DNA of 64,000 nt, taken from positions 3,949-67,948 of IMG/VR virus record IMGVR_UViG_3300025141_011788, one strand, 5' to 3'. Each line of letters starts with the position of its first letter. Position 1 is the stretch's first letter. Under the pieces are notes generated by a model. It did not search any database. It was not told the DNA's origin and saw only the letters and a program-made list of their open reading frames with translations. Source of the DNA: a virus. Made by a program: the position numbers and the translations under genes. Shown in pieces: positions 1 to 8,927 of the stretch.

Positions 1-243
1 CCATATTGTTCGTTGATGGATTGTTGTTCTACCGTAGTTGGTTGAAGATCAAACTTAACTTGGACGGTAGTGTTTGGATCCATATAGGAAGTAGGATCTC
101 TGGAATTTTTTTGGCGGCGATTTTTTAAGGCTTGGAAATTTCCATTATCTGATATTTTTTGGGGCGTCGGTGAAGACGTACTAAGTCGGCATATACTACC
201 TACCCCCCTCCGGGGGACTTAGATCCCGGTATATCGCTCCCCT

Positions 244-273
244 ATGGTACCACCTCCTCCTACCCCTGTCAAG
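244..273 (-). promoter_or_regulatory. sigma70-like early promoter
   Basis: Minus strand TTGACA-N17-TACCAT with TG extended -10. Confidence 0.6.
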
Positions 274-586
274 TCTTTTCTTTCAACCTTTAGAAAACGC
301 TTAAGGCTAGTAGTGATCCTAAGAAACTTCCTGCTGCTACGATTGCGATGATTCTGATTAGATCTTTAGTATCGTTAGTCATTGTTAGTTCCTTTCCTTT
401 TATATGTTATTGTTTATTTATTTGTTTGTGTCCCGAGATTATCAGGAGTTATTCTTTGATTTGAATTGACCAGGCGATGTCTCTATGTTCGAGTTCGTCT
501 ACGATTTCCCAGGCATCTTCCTCTGTGTAGCACAGGGTTGTAACGTGTTGCTGGTTGCCACTGTGCTGGTGTACGGTGATCATTGG

Positions 587-772
587 TTAGCTCTCCATCA
601 GGATATTACTATTGAAGATATCCTCTGTTGCTACGGTTAGGTCTACATTGAATCGTGTAGTGATGTTGTGGACGTCCATCATATATTGTGGGTAGCTACT
701 TTCAGGCTTAACCATATTCTGGGCGGCTCTATCAATAGCGTCAAAGTATTCGAGTTGTAGTTCTAATTCCAT
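587..772 (-). CDS. small hypothetical early protein
   Basis: 61-aa ORF, co-oriented with neighbours, purine-rich upstream region. Confidence 0.5.
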   Translation of the reverse strand: MELELQLEYFDAIDRAAQNMVKPESSYPQYMMDVHNITTRFNVDLTVATEDIFNSNILMES

Positions 773-813
773 TGTGCTATCTCTTATCTTTCTTTTTTGT
801 TTATGTGCCGAGG

Positions 814-996
814 TTAGTCGGTGTCCGTTGCTCGCTGACGTTCGGCTTCAGTCAGGGGGATACCAGCGTTACGCAGGGCAAACTGTTCACGAGTAGCCTC
901 GTAATGCTTAATAAAGCTTTGCATGCGGTTGTGACCATCAACAGTAGGTCGGTTGTTGGCGTCCACCTCAATTAAAAATGGGGTTCGAATAAACAT
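814..996 (-). CDS. small hypothetical early protein
   Basis: 60-aa ORF, AAGGAGAG RBS. Confidence 0.6.
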   Translation of the reverse strand: MFIRTPFLIEVDANNRPTVDGHNRMQSFIKHYEATREQFALRNAGIPLTEAERQRATDTD

Positions 997-1039
997 AACT
1001 TCTCTCCTTGTTTTCTATAGAGTTAATCTCTATTTCCTT

Positions 1040-1252
1040 TTAGATATGGATGGTTACTTCTTGTTGTGGCATTACTACTTCTACATTATTTTTATTATCT
1101 TTGTTTCCCGAGATTAGGGATGATACCTTATTGTAGATTGTAGAGACTACGTTAGAAGCTGATTGGCGTAAGTGTGAGGCCTGGTTAGGGTTCTCTAAGG
1201 CATAGCCGACAGAGTAGTAGGCAATGGCGATAACAATAGCGAGGCGGATCAT
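1040..1252 (-). CDS. small membrane or secreted protein
   Basis: Hydrophobic N-terminus MIRLAIVIAIAYYSVGYA. Confidence 0.6.
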   Translation of the reverse strand: MIRLAIVIAIAYYSVGYALENPNQASHLRQSASNVVSTIYNKVSSLISGNKDNKNNVEVVMPQQEVTIHI

Positions 1253-1426
1253 TATATTCTCTTTTCTTTTTAGGTACCTGGGCTACAGGAAGCCGAGGAA
1301 GTGTAGGACGACTACCGTGTTGGCAGCGGTGATCAGGCTGATGCTTATGGCGTATTGTACAGGATGGGCGATTAGATAGTTGGATAAGGTGTTCATTCTT
1401 TATCTCTCTTTCTTTGTGTTTCGAGA

Positions 1427-1918
1427 TTAGCTTAGGAGTTCGAGGTCACGTTCTGAATAGGTCGAAAGGTAGTTGACAGGACCGTGGCCTGTTTCGGCGT
1501 CAGCGAACTGGACTTGGTAGCTACCACCGTTGTTGGCAGCGGTCACCATGGCAACCTGACCAGTAAGCTTCCAACGGCCGTTACGCTTGTTGTCCTTGAA
1601 GCGGACAATCGAGCCGACACGATACTTGGGCGGCAGAGGAGCAACCCAATTGAGGGCCTGGGTGAGGTTGTCTACGAAAGACCCGGCGAAGTAATCGGTG
1701 TGAGGGTCGCTCACATCACCATCACGAGTTACCTTGATAAGGTGGATATCGTCCTTACCATTACGGCTGGTATAAAAACTGATGGTCTGGTTAGAGCCTT
1801 CAAAGTGAACATAGGCCTCATGCCGATGAGAGTTCTCGTCTTGAAGGGAGATCTTTACTTCAACGCCGACCTTCTTGGCTCGGGCATTGATCTTCTTAAG
1901 TGCAGCTTGGAGTTTCAT
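1427..1918 (-). CDS. hypothetical early protein with C-terminal KOW/SH3-like domain
   Basis: GGGAG RBS, own promoter; C-terminal YRVGSIVRF...GQVAMV...YQVQF beta-barrel pattern. Confidence 0.75.
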   Translation of the reverse strand: MKLQAALKKINARAKKVGVEVKISLQDENSHRHEAYVHFEGSNQTISFYTSRNGKDDIHLIKVTRDGDVSDPHTDYFAGSFVDNLTQALNWVAPLPPKYRVGSIVRFKDNKRNGRWKLTGQVAMVTAANNGGSYQVQFADAETGHGPVNYLSTYSERDLELLS

Positions 1919-1944
1919 ATTTGTTTCTCCCTTTCCTCATCTCT

Positions 1945-1973
1945 TTTATACCATGCTTATCAGGTATGTCAAC
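1945..1973 (-). promoter_or_regulatory. early promoter
   Basis: GTTGAC-N17-TATAAA, with TGG before -10 and an A-rich UP region. Confidence 0.8.
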
Positions 1974-1997
1974 TTTTATTTTTATGTTTCCCGAGAT

Positions 1998-2186
1998 TTA
2001 TTGATTGAAGGCTGGGACACGGGGGCGGAAGGCACCCTCCTTGTTGTCCTGAAGGGCGTCAAGGGCATCGATCATACCTTGAAGGCATTCGTTGGCTTGG
2101 CCGCCGGCGGTGTTGTTGATGGCTGCCGACTGGAGGCTACGCAGGTGACTACGGGCCATGGCGAAGGCTGATTCGAGATTGTTCAT
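1998..2186 (-). CDS. hypothetical early protein
   Basis: 62 aa, GGGGAG RBS, own promoter. Confidence 0.7.
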   Translation of the reverse strand: MNNLESAFAMARSHLRSLQSAAINNTAGGQANECLQGMIDALDALQDNKEGAFRPRVPAFNQ

Positions 2187-2225
2187 CTTGTTTCTCCCCA
2201 GGAGGTCTATCCCTCCCGCATATTA

Positions 2226-2254
2226 TTTATACCACGGATAGAGCAGGTGTCAAG
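2226..2254 (-). promoter_or_regulatory. early promoter
   Basis: CTTGAC-N17-TATAAA with TCCGTGG before -10. Confidence 0.85.
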
Positions 2255-2264
2255 TTTTTACCCT

Positions 2265-2297
2265 AATAAAAGCAAAGCCCAGCACGATGGCTGGGCT
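2265..2297 (-). terminator. Rho-independent terminator
   Basis: AGCCCAGC-CATCGT-GCTGGGCT hairpin followed by TTGCTTTTAT. Confidence 0.65.
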
Positions 2298-2366
2298 CTA
2301 CCTTGTAACCAACACAGGCCAAGGGGGAAGATCAATAAAAAACCCCTTAGCCTGACTCCGGAAGGT

Positions 2367-2579
2367 TTACTGTTGCTTGTTATCAGCGAAGGCGTATAGC
2401 TCGTTGAATTCCTCGTTGAGTGCCTGCTCAAGACCACGACGTCGGTCGGCTTCGTCGGCGAGACGCTTAAGCTGCTGTTGGCTTTCGCCAATGTTGGCGG
2501 CAATGAGGTATAAGAAGGTGATCGAGAGAATGTTCATTACAAGGCTGTGAAATGAAGGGTCGGTAATAAAATTCATCAT
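2367..2579 (-). CDS. small membrane protein
   Basis: Single TM helix plus coiled tail, AAGGAG RBS. Confidence 0.65.
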   Translation of the reverse strand: MMNFITDPSFHSLVMNILSITFLYLIAANIGESQQQLKRLADEADRRRGLEQALNEEFNELYAFADNKQQ

Positions 2580-2870
2580 TGTTTGGCTCCTTAGCCGGTT
2601 GTTGTTTGTTTGTTGTTAGTTAGGGTTGGTTCAGCGGCCTTGGCCACGGTACTTCTTGCGGTAGTTCTTACTGGTGCGATTTGGGTCAGATCCCTTACTG
2701 GGGGTCTTGGTGTAAGTTCCACTTCCTTGGCGGGTCTTCTTAGTTCCCTTAGCCTTGAGAGCTTCCTTATCACCTTTGCGTGTTCTAGCCATTGTCCTCT
2801 TCCTTTTCCTTTGTGGCTTCTATATTAGCCGTTGTTGCTTCTATTAGATTGTTTATTATATGTCCCGAGA

Positions 2871-4088
2871 TTATGGCCGAATGGCGATTACTCGTTCGTT
2901 GGTTTTAAAGTAGGGACGTTCGGCACAAGCCTGGGTGGTGATCCACATCCGCTGAGCTTTGGTTGCTTTGGGCTTGGGAGCCTCCATGTCAGTGAGCATG
3001 ATCAGACCGTCAAAGGATTGACCGTTAGTGTAGTCAGCGACACAATTGAAGTCCGTACCACCGCACGACACACGCTCAGTAGCCTGACGCTTGCCCTTCT
3101 TCCAAGTATAGACCTTATCCTCTACAACACGAGTGTCAAAAGGAATGACCGTAAACTCTGCTAACTTAGCAAGGCTATTTAGCTCACTAAAGAACATCGC
3201 AAGCATCTCATCGTTTACACTTCCAGACTGATCAATAGCGATAGCAATCTTAGCCGTACGCTTGATCTTTTTACCGGGATGGATGTAAGCATAACGCTTG
3301 TTGATCCGCTTAACACTCGAACGCTTGTGGGCTCGTTGAGAGGTCTTAACGAAGTACCGTAGCACCTTCCGCCAATCGACGACAGTCTTAAGACGCTCCA
3401 AGATATCCCGCTGGACTTGCTTGGGGACGGAACCCCAGCCTTGGCCGCTAGCTGCTGATTCAGTTGCCGCCTCTTTTAGATCTTGCTTGAGACGTTCAGC
3501 CGCCATAGCTTTGGCATCATCGCTTACGTCGCCGGCCTCAGACCAGCCGTCGTGATCATCAAAGGAATTCTCAGGCAACTCGCTGCCAGGACCATCTGAC
3601 CCGCAGGAACCGCCGTCGCCCTCTTGGGGCTCGCCTTCGCCGTCCTTGGACTTCTCACGCTCTTCTTGATCCTCCTGGATCATCGCAAGGTAGGCTTCGA
3701 AGCTCAACCCGGCCGGATAGTCCTTAAAGGGACCGACACCAGGCATACAAGCCATCTCCGGCAATTGACCCCGAAGGTGACTGTTGATCGCCAGGTCCAT
3801 AGCGATGTTTTGGATCTTAAAATCCACGCCGATGATACGTCGAGTCGTGACGTGCTCAAATACTAAGTGGTAGAACTCGTGCTTAAGAACTCCAAGTCGC
3901 TGCTCATCCGGCAGGCTCTCAAAGAATTCTGGGTTGTACGCCATCTCAAATCGACCGTCCTCGGTAATGCGAACGCCGGCCGTTGGGACAGAGCGGTTTT
4001 CCACCTTGTTGATCTTGCGAGACAGGGAGGCAAAGAAAGGCTCGTTCAGTAGAAGGCGAGCCATATGTTGATTGAGATCAAAAGACAT
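2871..4088 (-). CDS. VWA-domain protein with N-terminal metallopeptidase-like domain (DUF2201-type)
   Basis: HEFYH (HExxH), MIDAS DQSGS, GGTDF, LTD. Start moved to MSFDL because the -10 box lies at 4112-4117 and an AGGAG RBS precedes 4088. Confidence 0.88.
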   Translation of the reverse strand: MSFDLNQHMARLLLNEPFFASLSRKINKVENRSVPTAGVRITEDGRFEMAYNPEFFESLPDEQRLGVLKHEFYHLVFEHVTTRRIIGVDFKIQNIAMDLAINSHLRGQLPEMACMPGVGPFKDYPAGLSFEAYLAMIQEDQEEREKSKDGEGEPQEGDGGSCGSDGPGSELPENSFDDHDGWSEAGDVSDDAKAMAAERLKQDLKEAATESAASGQGWGSVPKQVQRDILERLKTVVDWRKVLRYFVKTSQRAHKRSSVKRINKRYAYIHPGKKIKRTAKIAIAIDQSGSVNDEMLAMFFSELNSLAKLAEFTVIPFDTRVVEDKVYTWKKGKRQATERVSCGGTDFNCVADYTNGQSFDGLIMLTDMEAPKPKATKAQRMWITTQACAERPYFKTNERVIAIRP

Positions 4089-4111
4089 TGTTTGTATCTC
4101 TCCTACAATCA

Positions 4112-4140
4112 TTTATACCACGGATACGACGTACGTCAAG
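4112..4140 (-). promoter_or_regulatory. early promoter
   Basis: CTTGAC-N17-TATAAA with TCCGTGG. Confidence 0.85.
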
Positions 4141-4141
4141 T

Positions 4142-4294
4142 TTATTCGTCTTTATCCCGAGAATTGCCCGCTTCATTCTTTTCAAGCCAAGCTTCAACAA
4201 CAGCCGGAATCTTGATCACGTCTGAGACCCAGCATGCGAGCCAACCGACAACAAAGCCAATACCATAGGTGATTAGGATACCTGTAGAATCCAT
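4142..4294 (-). CDS. 50-aa membrane peptide (not in ORF track)
   Basis: MDSTGILITYGIGFVVGWLACWVSDVIK...; GAGGAGG RBS inside the AAA gene 3' end. Confidence 0.65.
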   Translation of the reverse strand: MDSTGILITYGIGFVVGWLACWVSDVIKIPAVVEAWLEKNEAGNSRDKDE

Positions 4295-4295
4295 T

Positions 4296-5378
4296 TTAGA
4301 CCTCCTCTTTCTTCCTCTTGTCCGCTGCGAGGATCTTGTTCAGGTAGTCCCCGATGGAAACCCCGTTAACCTTGCAGGAGTGAAACTTAACCAGAAGCTC
4401 GGCTTTACCCTTCGAAGCTAGGGACATGATGACTTGCATCAGCTTAAGACCCGCTTCGCTAGGAAGGATGGTCATATAGGTAGCAAGGTTTTCCCACTGG
4501 CTGTCAGTGGTTTCCGAGGCGAGTACTTCGGCAGCATCAAGCTTTTCGATAAGAGCACAATGCTCGTTGAGACCGAAACCCTTCAACTGCTTAAGCTTAG
4601 AGCCGTCGAGCAACTGATCGACAGTGACCTGACGTTCGTAGTTCTTGGCGAAGTCGTTGAAGGTAACAGCAGCTTCGAAGCCGACAAAGGATTGGGCCAG
4701 AGTAAACACTGCTGGGCTGGCTTCCTCAAGAAGGTTCGAAGCGACCAATACATCGTTCAGGCGATGCCAGGACCGACGGCTCGGATACACTTTGTTGGGC
4801 TCAAACTCACCCTTGTGCTCAAGATGGCTACGATTCTGGTTGATGAAGTCCCAAACAAGACCATCGATGTTTTCCTTGCCCCAGGACAACCAGTCCTCAA
4901 CAGTAGGCTCGACATCGAACACGGTCCAACGATCGAGTTCGGCAGGATCCATTTCCCCAACTTGGTACTGCTCACCGTGCTCGCCACCATTGATGGCTGC
5001 AACGATAACCGTATCAGGGTGAAGGTCGTGACCATTCAGCTTCCGACTGTCGGTCAATTCAAACAGACCCTGGCGTACTTCGAGCACCGCACGGTCAACC
5101 TCGTCCAGGAAAAGCAACTTGGGCTCATCGCAACAGGCCTTGAAGAACTCCGGGGGATTGAAGATCGTAGCACCGTTCTCGATGGTAGGCAGACCAATAA
5201 GGTCACCCTCGGTCATCTGGCTGGCACGACGCTCGACTACATCTAAACCCAAAGTGATGGCCATCTGGTATACCACCTGGGACTTGCCAACCCCGTGGCG
5301 ACCACGAAGTAGGATGGGCAGGCGAGCACCGCTTACATGGGGAGCGACGTTAACAAAGGTCTTGAAATCTACAGCCAT
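4296..5378 (-). CDS. MoxR-like AAA+ ATPase
   Basis: Walker A GRHGVGKS, Walker B LLFLDE, sensor AAIN, MDPAELDRW; adjacent to the VWA gene. Confidence 0.9.
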   Translation of the reverse strand: MAVDFKTFVNVAPHVSGARLPILLRGRHGVGKSQVVYQMAITLGLDVVERRASQMTEGDLIGLPTIENGATIFNPPEFFKACCDEPKLLFLDEVDRAVLEVRQGLFELTDSRKLNGHDLHPDTVIVAAINGGEHGEQYQVGEMDPAELDRWTVFDVEPTVEDWLSWGKENIDGLVWDFINQNRSHLEHKGEFEPNKVYPSRRSWHRLNDVLVASNLLEEASPAVFTLAQSFVGFEAAVTFNDFAKNYERQVTVDQLLDGSKLKQLKGFGLNEHCALIEKLDAAEVLASETTDSQWENLATYMTILPSEAGLKLMQVIMSLASKGKAELLVKFHSCKVNGVSIGDYLNKILAADKRKKEEV

Positions 5379-5420
5379 CTCTTTTCTCCTTGGGGGCTCG
5401 TTGTATCCCCCCTACATCTT

Positions 5421-5449
5421 TTTATACCACGGATCCGTTAAAGGTCAAG
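5421..5449 (-). promoter_or_regulatory. early promoter
   Basis: CTTGAC-N17-TATAAA with TCCGTGG. Confidence 0.85.
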
Positions 5450-5517
5450 TTTTTAAGGGTCTTTTCTCTATTATGTTTCCCGAGCTTAAAGCTAGGGTTG
5501 AGCCTAAGAGCCCTAAG

Positions 5518-6399
5518 TTAACCATGATAGATGTCGGACTGAGTGTAGATCTCTCCCAGGAGAACCGGCTCATTGGCAGTGAGCCAATAGTTCTTGGAGC
5601 AGTACACCTGCTCGGGGACAGGTGCATCGTCGTAGTTCTCCTCGCCACGGTAGCCCTCGCCAGATACACTCCAACTGGACCCTGGGATCAACGAGACCAC
5701 GCCATAGTTGTTCCACCCGTTCTTAACCTCTCGGGGTGAGAAGTCAGAAACACAGGCGGAAAAGCCTTCGTACATCGAGATCTCTGCTCCCGGAACTGGG
5801 GACCAATTGATCATCAGGCGAGCGACTCTGTTCCGCAGGGTGCCCCAATGGAGTGCATCGGAGGTGCTCGGCAACCCGTCTGCATCGTCTGCTTCGGCGA
5901 TATCTTGCCAATTGATGCTAGTGATGAAACCGTATTGCTCGACCAGCTTCATCGAATTGTAGTCATATGCCTTGCGTGAAACCATCGCTCCGGGAACGAG
6001 GCCGTAATCCTTGAGGATGACCCCTAGGGCATAGTGAGCCTTGGCTGTCTGGTTACGCAGGTCTACCCGGTGCTGTTTAAGAGTCTCACACGTTCGCTTG
6101 TTGTGACCGGCTTGGGCACAAAAGGAGCAGGTGCGAGGGGTCTGCTTACGTTGCTCGTTTATTCGGCTCTGTTCCTCAACGTAGCGGTAGTCCCTACGAT
6201 CGGGATAGTCGATCTTGATACCTTCATCGCTCTGAACATAACACGGGCTGTGCTCATCCCGGCACATTGCCGCTAAGGAATCATAGCCGCCATTGATCAT
6301 AGCTTGCTCAACCTTCTTGTGGTGAGCGTGAACCTCAGGGCAGGTCCGCTTATTATGTCCGTACTCGTAACACGCTGTGCATCGAACCGATCTAGCCAT
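5518..6399 (-). CDS. double zinc-knuckle protein
   Basis: Two CxxCxxxGHNKRTC motifs (CTACYEYGHNKRTC, CSFCAQAGHNKRTC). Confidence 0.8.
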   Translation of the reverse strand: MARSVRCTACYEYGHNKRTCPEVHAHHKKVEQAMINGGYDSLAAMCRDEHSPCYVQSDEGIKIDYPDRRDYRYVEEQSRINEQRKQTPRTCSFCAQAGHNKRTCETLKQHRVDLRNQTAKAHYALGVILKDYGLVPGAMVSRKAYDYNSMKLVEQYGFITSINWQDIAEADDADGLPSTSDALHWGTLRNRVARLMINWSPVPGAEISMYEGFSACVSDFSPREVKNGWNNYGVVSLIPGSSWSVSGEGYRGEENYDDAPVPEQVYCSKNYWLTANEPVLLGEIYTQSDIYHG

Positions 6400-6419
6400 C
6401 TTATCTCTCCTTGTATCCT

Positions 6420-6448
6420 TTTATACCACGGATCTGGGTTCTGTCAAG
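6420..6448 (-). promoter_or_regulatory. early promoter
   Basis: CTTGAC-N17-TATAAA with TCCGTGG. Confidence 0.85.
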
Positions 6449-7095
6449 TTTTGGCGTAGTTTCTCCTAAGGGATGTTGTTCTTAAGTCCCTGTTGTTACT
6501 CCTTTGTTTATGTGTCCCGGAATTATCTGAAATAAAACGACGATTATTGAAGAAAGTGCTTAAAATCCCTGTTATTATCAGGTTGGAAAGAAAAGGTTGA
6601 CGTTTACTCACAGAGGGTATACTTGATCACTCGCTCACTGCGTTCGCTCGCCCTTCGGGCTCCTTCGGGCTTTTGGCTTACTTCCTTCGGGCTCCTTAGG
6701 GCTTTTAGCTGCCTAGCTGCTTTCCTTTTGTCACCTTTCTTGTTCTGCTTCTTCCTTCTATACTCTTTCTATCTAACTTTCCTTTACTTTCCCTTGGTTG
6801 TATACGTTCTCATATGTTCTCATACGGGTCTTTCTTCTTATACGATCAGGAAATTTTTACCGATGGGTTCTACATCTTTCTTCTCTTACTCTTGCTGGAT
6901 CCTTACTTGTTCTTTCTTCTTCTGTGTTTCTTATCTATTATTATTTGTTGTCCCGGATTAGTTGACGGGGTTGTTGATTTTGAGATTGACGTCTCTGATT
7001 TGATGCTTTGGGCTGTTCTCCCCTACGGGGAGGAGCTAGATGCTATCTCTTCCAATCCTTGACATTTAAAGCCACGAGGTTTTGGATTGTTGGTT

Positions 7096-7389
7096 TTACA
7101 CTTTTGAGACCACAGTCAACCGATAAAGAGGTACATGTTTTTCCGGCAACAAGACATTCCCGGTGAATTCATCTGCTTCGTTTAGAGTCCACTTAACTTG
7201 GACATATTCCTCCTCGTAGTATTCTCCAACACTGTACTCATAAAGCTCTTCGTCGTACTCACCGATGAACGCAGGAGCAGAATACGGTTCGCACAAAACA
7301 ATCCCGTAGGTGTCCGTCAATTCATCGTAGACGATCGCCCCGGTTTTATAATCTTCCTCAAACTCAACACAGTCATTAATCGAAGTCAT
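7096..7389 (-). CDS. acidic KOW/SH3-like hypothetical protein
   Basis: YKTGAIVYD...GIV...VQVKW; likely start MTSIND overlaps the upstream stop (ATGA). Confidence 0.65.
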   Translation of the reverse strand: MTSINDCVEFEEDYKTGAIVYDELTDTYGIVLCEPYSAPAFIGEYDEELYEYSVGEYYEEEYVQVKWTLNEADEFTGNVLLPEKHVPLYRLTVVSKV

Positions 7390-7694
7390 GAAGATAGAAT
7401 CTTTAACCGCCAAGTGGGTACGTCGTTTCGAGAATCCAAATTGATCTTTAAATCTTCGGCAAGAGGACATGGACTCCATGCCACCTTGACGCAAGTTTCT
7501 ACCATAATCTGATGGTCCGTGTGAAGGAACTGATCATAAGGTTCCTGGGTTATAATACCGACTGGCATTAGAGTTCTATATTCATTGATGTCCGCAAGAA
7601 GTGGATGTTTCGGGTTCACAGGTGGAACACTAAGCTGGACTAAAGTGCCGAGCTTGAAAGGGTTGGTGGGCTTCTCTTCGTCATTGCTGGTCAT
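7386..7694 (-). CDS. KOW/SH3-like hypothetical protein
   Basis: FKLGTLVQL...GII...VKVAW; AGGAAGG RBS before MTSND. Confidence 0.65.
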   Translation of the reverse strand: MTSNDEEKPTNPFKLGTLVQLSVPPVNPKHPLLADINEYRTLMPVGIITQEPYDQFLHTDHQIMVETCVKVAWSPCPLAEDLKINLDSRNDVPTWRLKILSS

Positions 7695-7838
7695 TAAGTA
7701 ATCCTTCCTTCTTGATTTAATCAAGTGTAGGGTGGAGATAGCGATGGAAACTTAAGTTTAAGGAGCGGCAGCAGGGCAGCGGTCGTACCGAGGGCAAGCC
7801 TGTTGAAAGCCATCGTCCATCTCTATTATGAAATTTCT

Positions 7839-8249
7839 TCACACTTCGTAGTCAACAAGCCAGGCGTAACGACGACGGCCAATTGATAAGTACTCGGGAT
7901 CATCTTCTGCCATATAGGCTTCTTGTTCTGCTCGGATTCTATGATACGCCTTGTTGGCGGCAGAGGTAAACTTATGACCTCGAATACTCAATTGACCTTG
8001 CCAATTATGGAAGTATCTAATCAAGCCATGTAGGTAATCCCAAACATAAACAATGATCATCCCAAATAAGAACATTTCTAATGTCTGCTGGAAGTGTATC
8101 GTTTCATGTCGTCGAGTGGTGTCGTCTACCTCTCCCCTCGCAAACACAACAAAAAACATCGTAATGGCGGCGATGTTTAGAGGTGCCACTTTGGAGAGCC
8201 ACACGGGCACTCTTGAATTCTCTATGAAGATAGGTTTCCAGTTTCTCAT
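7839..8249 (-). CDS. HExxH metallopeptidase-like protein
   Basis: RRHETIHFQQ motif and downstream EQEAY. Confidence 0.6.
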   Translation of the reverse strand: MRNWKPIFIENSRVPVWLSKVAPLNIAAITMFFVVFARGEVDDTTRRHETIHFQQTLEMFLFGMIIVYVWDYLHGLIRYFHNWQGQLSIRGHKFTSAANKAYHRIRAEQEAYMAEDDPEYLSIGRRRYAWLVDYEV

Positions 8250-8250
8250 C

Positions 8251-8499
8251 TTAACTATCCCGAGTCTTTTCCTGTTCTTTTTTAATATGTTCGGTCATTG
8301 TGCGAGCGGTAGCATAGTCAGCCCACTTGTTTACGAGGTACCGAGTAACTTCTAGATGTAACCGCTTTGGGACAGGCAACCCTGGGAAGGCTGCATGAAC
8401 AAGGCTTGCCAGGCCTCGTACAGTCAAGGACACTCCCATGCCGCCAGCAAACCTAAAGTGACTCCAATAGGTCTCGTTGTTGTCTTCTAGATGGCCCAT
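8251..8499 (-). CDS. conserved small phage protein (DUF6356-like)
   Basis: HLEDNNETYWSHFRFA...LVHAAFP pattern. Confidence 0.55.
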   Translation of the reverse strand: MGHLEDNNETYWSHFRFAGGMGVSLTVRGLASLVHAAFPGLPVPKRLHLEVTRYLVNKWADYATARTMTEHIKKEQEKTRDS

Positions 8500-8927
8500 T
8501 ACTTATATCGCCTATTCCTGTTTCGGTTCCTGTTTCGATCCCGGTCTTCTCTGTCCCGGTCTCTACTCCGTCTTTCTCTTCTTTCTCTCTGGATCTTCCT
8601 CGGTGGTCGTTGCCGTGGTACTCCCGCCATATCTAACAACATATCTATTTCTATTTGGTCGAGGGCGTCCAGTGTCTTCCTGTGTCGGTTTCTTTTTTTG
8701 TTGTCCCGGAAATCTTGTTCGTTTCGATTTCGGGTATGGCGCCAGTTACACTGTCTGACTGAAAGCCAACCCATCTGTTGCATGACCTGTTTAAGAACCC
8801 GAGGGTCTGTGCCCTTAAGGTAGTTGGTCACTTGGAGGGCGTGGCGGCGGGCCATGGCATGCTGTCGCTGCTTCTCCGTTGCCGGTGAGCCAAACAGCAA
8901 TGCTGTTGAGATCGCTAAAGTTAACAT
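8499..8927 (-). CDS. secreted Arg-rich protein
   Basis: Signal-like N-terminus, RD/RN low-complexity C-terminus, GGAGG RBS, CTACTTA upstream. Confidence 0.6.
   Translation of the reverse strand: MLTLAISTALLFGSPATEKQRQHAMARRHALQVTNYLKGTDPRVLKQVMQQMGWLSVRQCNWRHTRNRNEQDFRDNKKRNRHRKTLDALDQIEIDMLLDMAGVPRQRPPRKIQRERRERRSRDRDREDRDRNRNRNRNRRYK

Noticed and set aside
4434-5739. Long plus-strand ORFs (also 1484-2008, 34108-34746, 37273-37887, 59243-60007, 60335-60931)
   Set aside because: Antisense shadows of well-supported minus-strand genes, with no recognisable motifs.
1945-6448. CRISPR array or integron attC array from the recurring repeats
   Set aside because: The repeats are promoter-shaped, separated by whole genes, and not attC-like palindromes; no cas or integrase gene is present.
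6623-7062. Plus-strand hydrophobic ORFs of 112 and 82 aa
   Set aside because: F/L/S-rich translations are a by-product of the pyrimidine-rich tract; no clear RBS.
7766-7810. c-di-GMP-I riboswitch (CAGGGCA...GCAAGCC resemblance)
   Set aside because: Lacks the GNRA tetraloop and the second receptor hairpin, and is antisense to the flanking genes.
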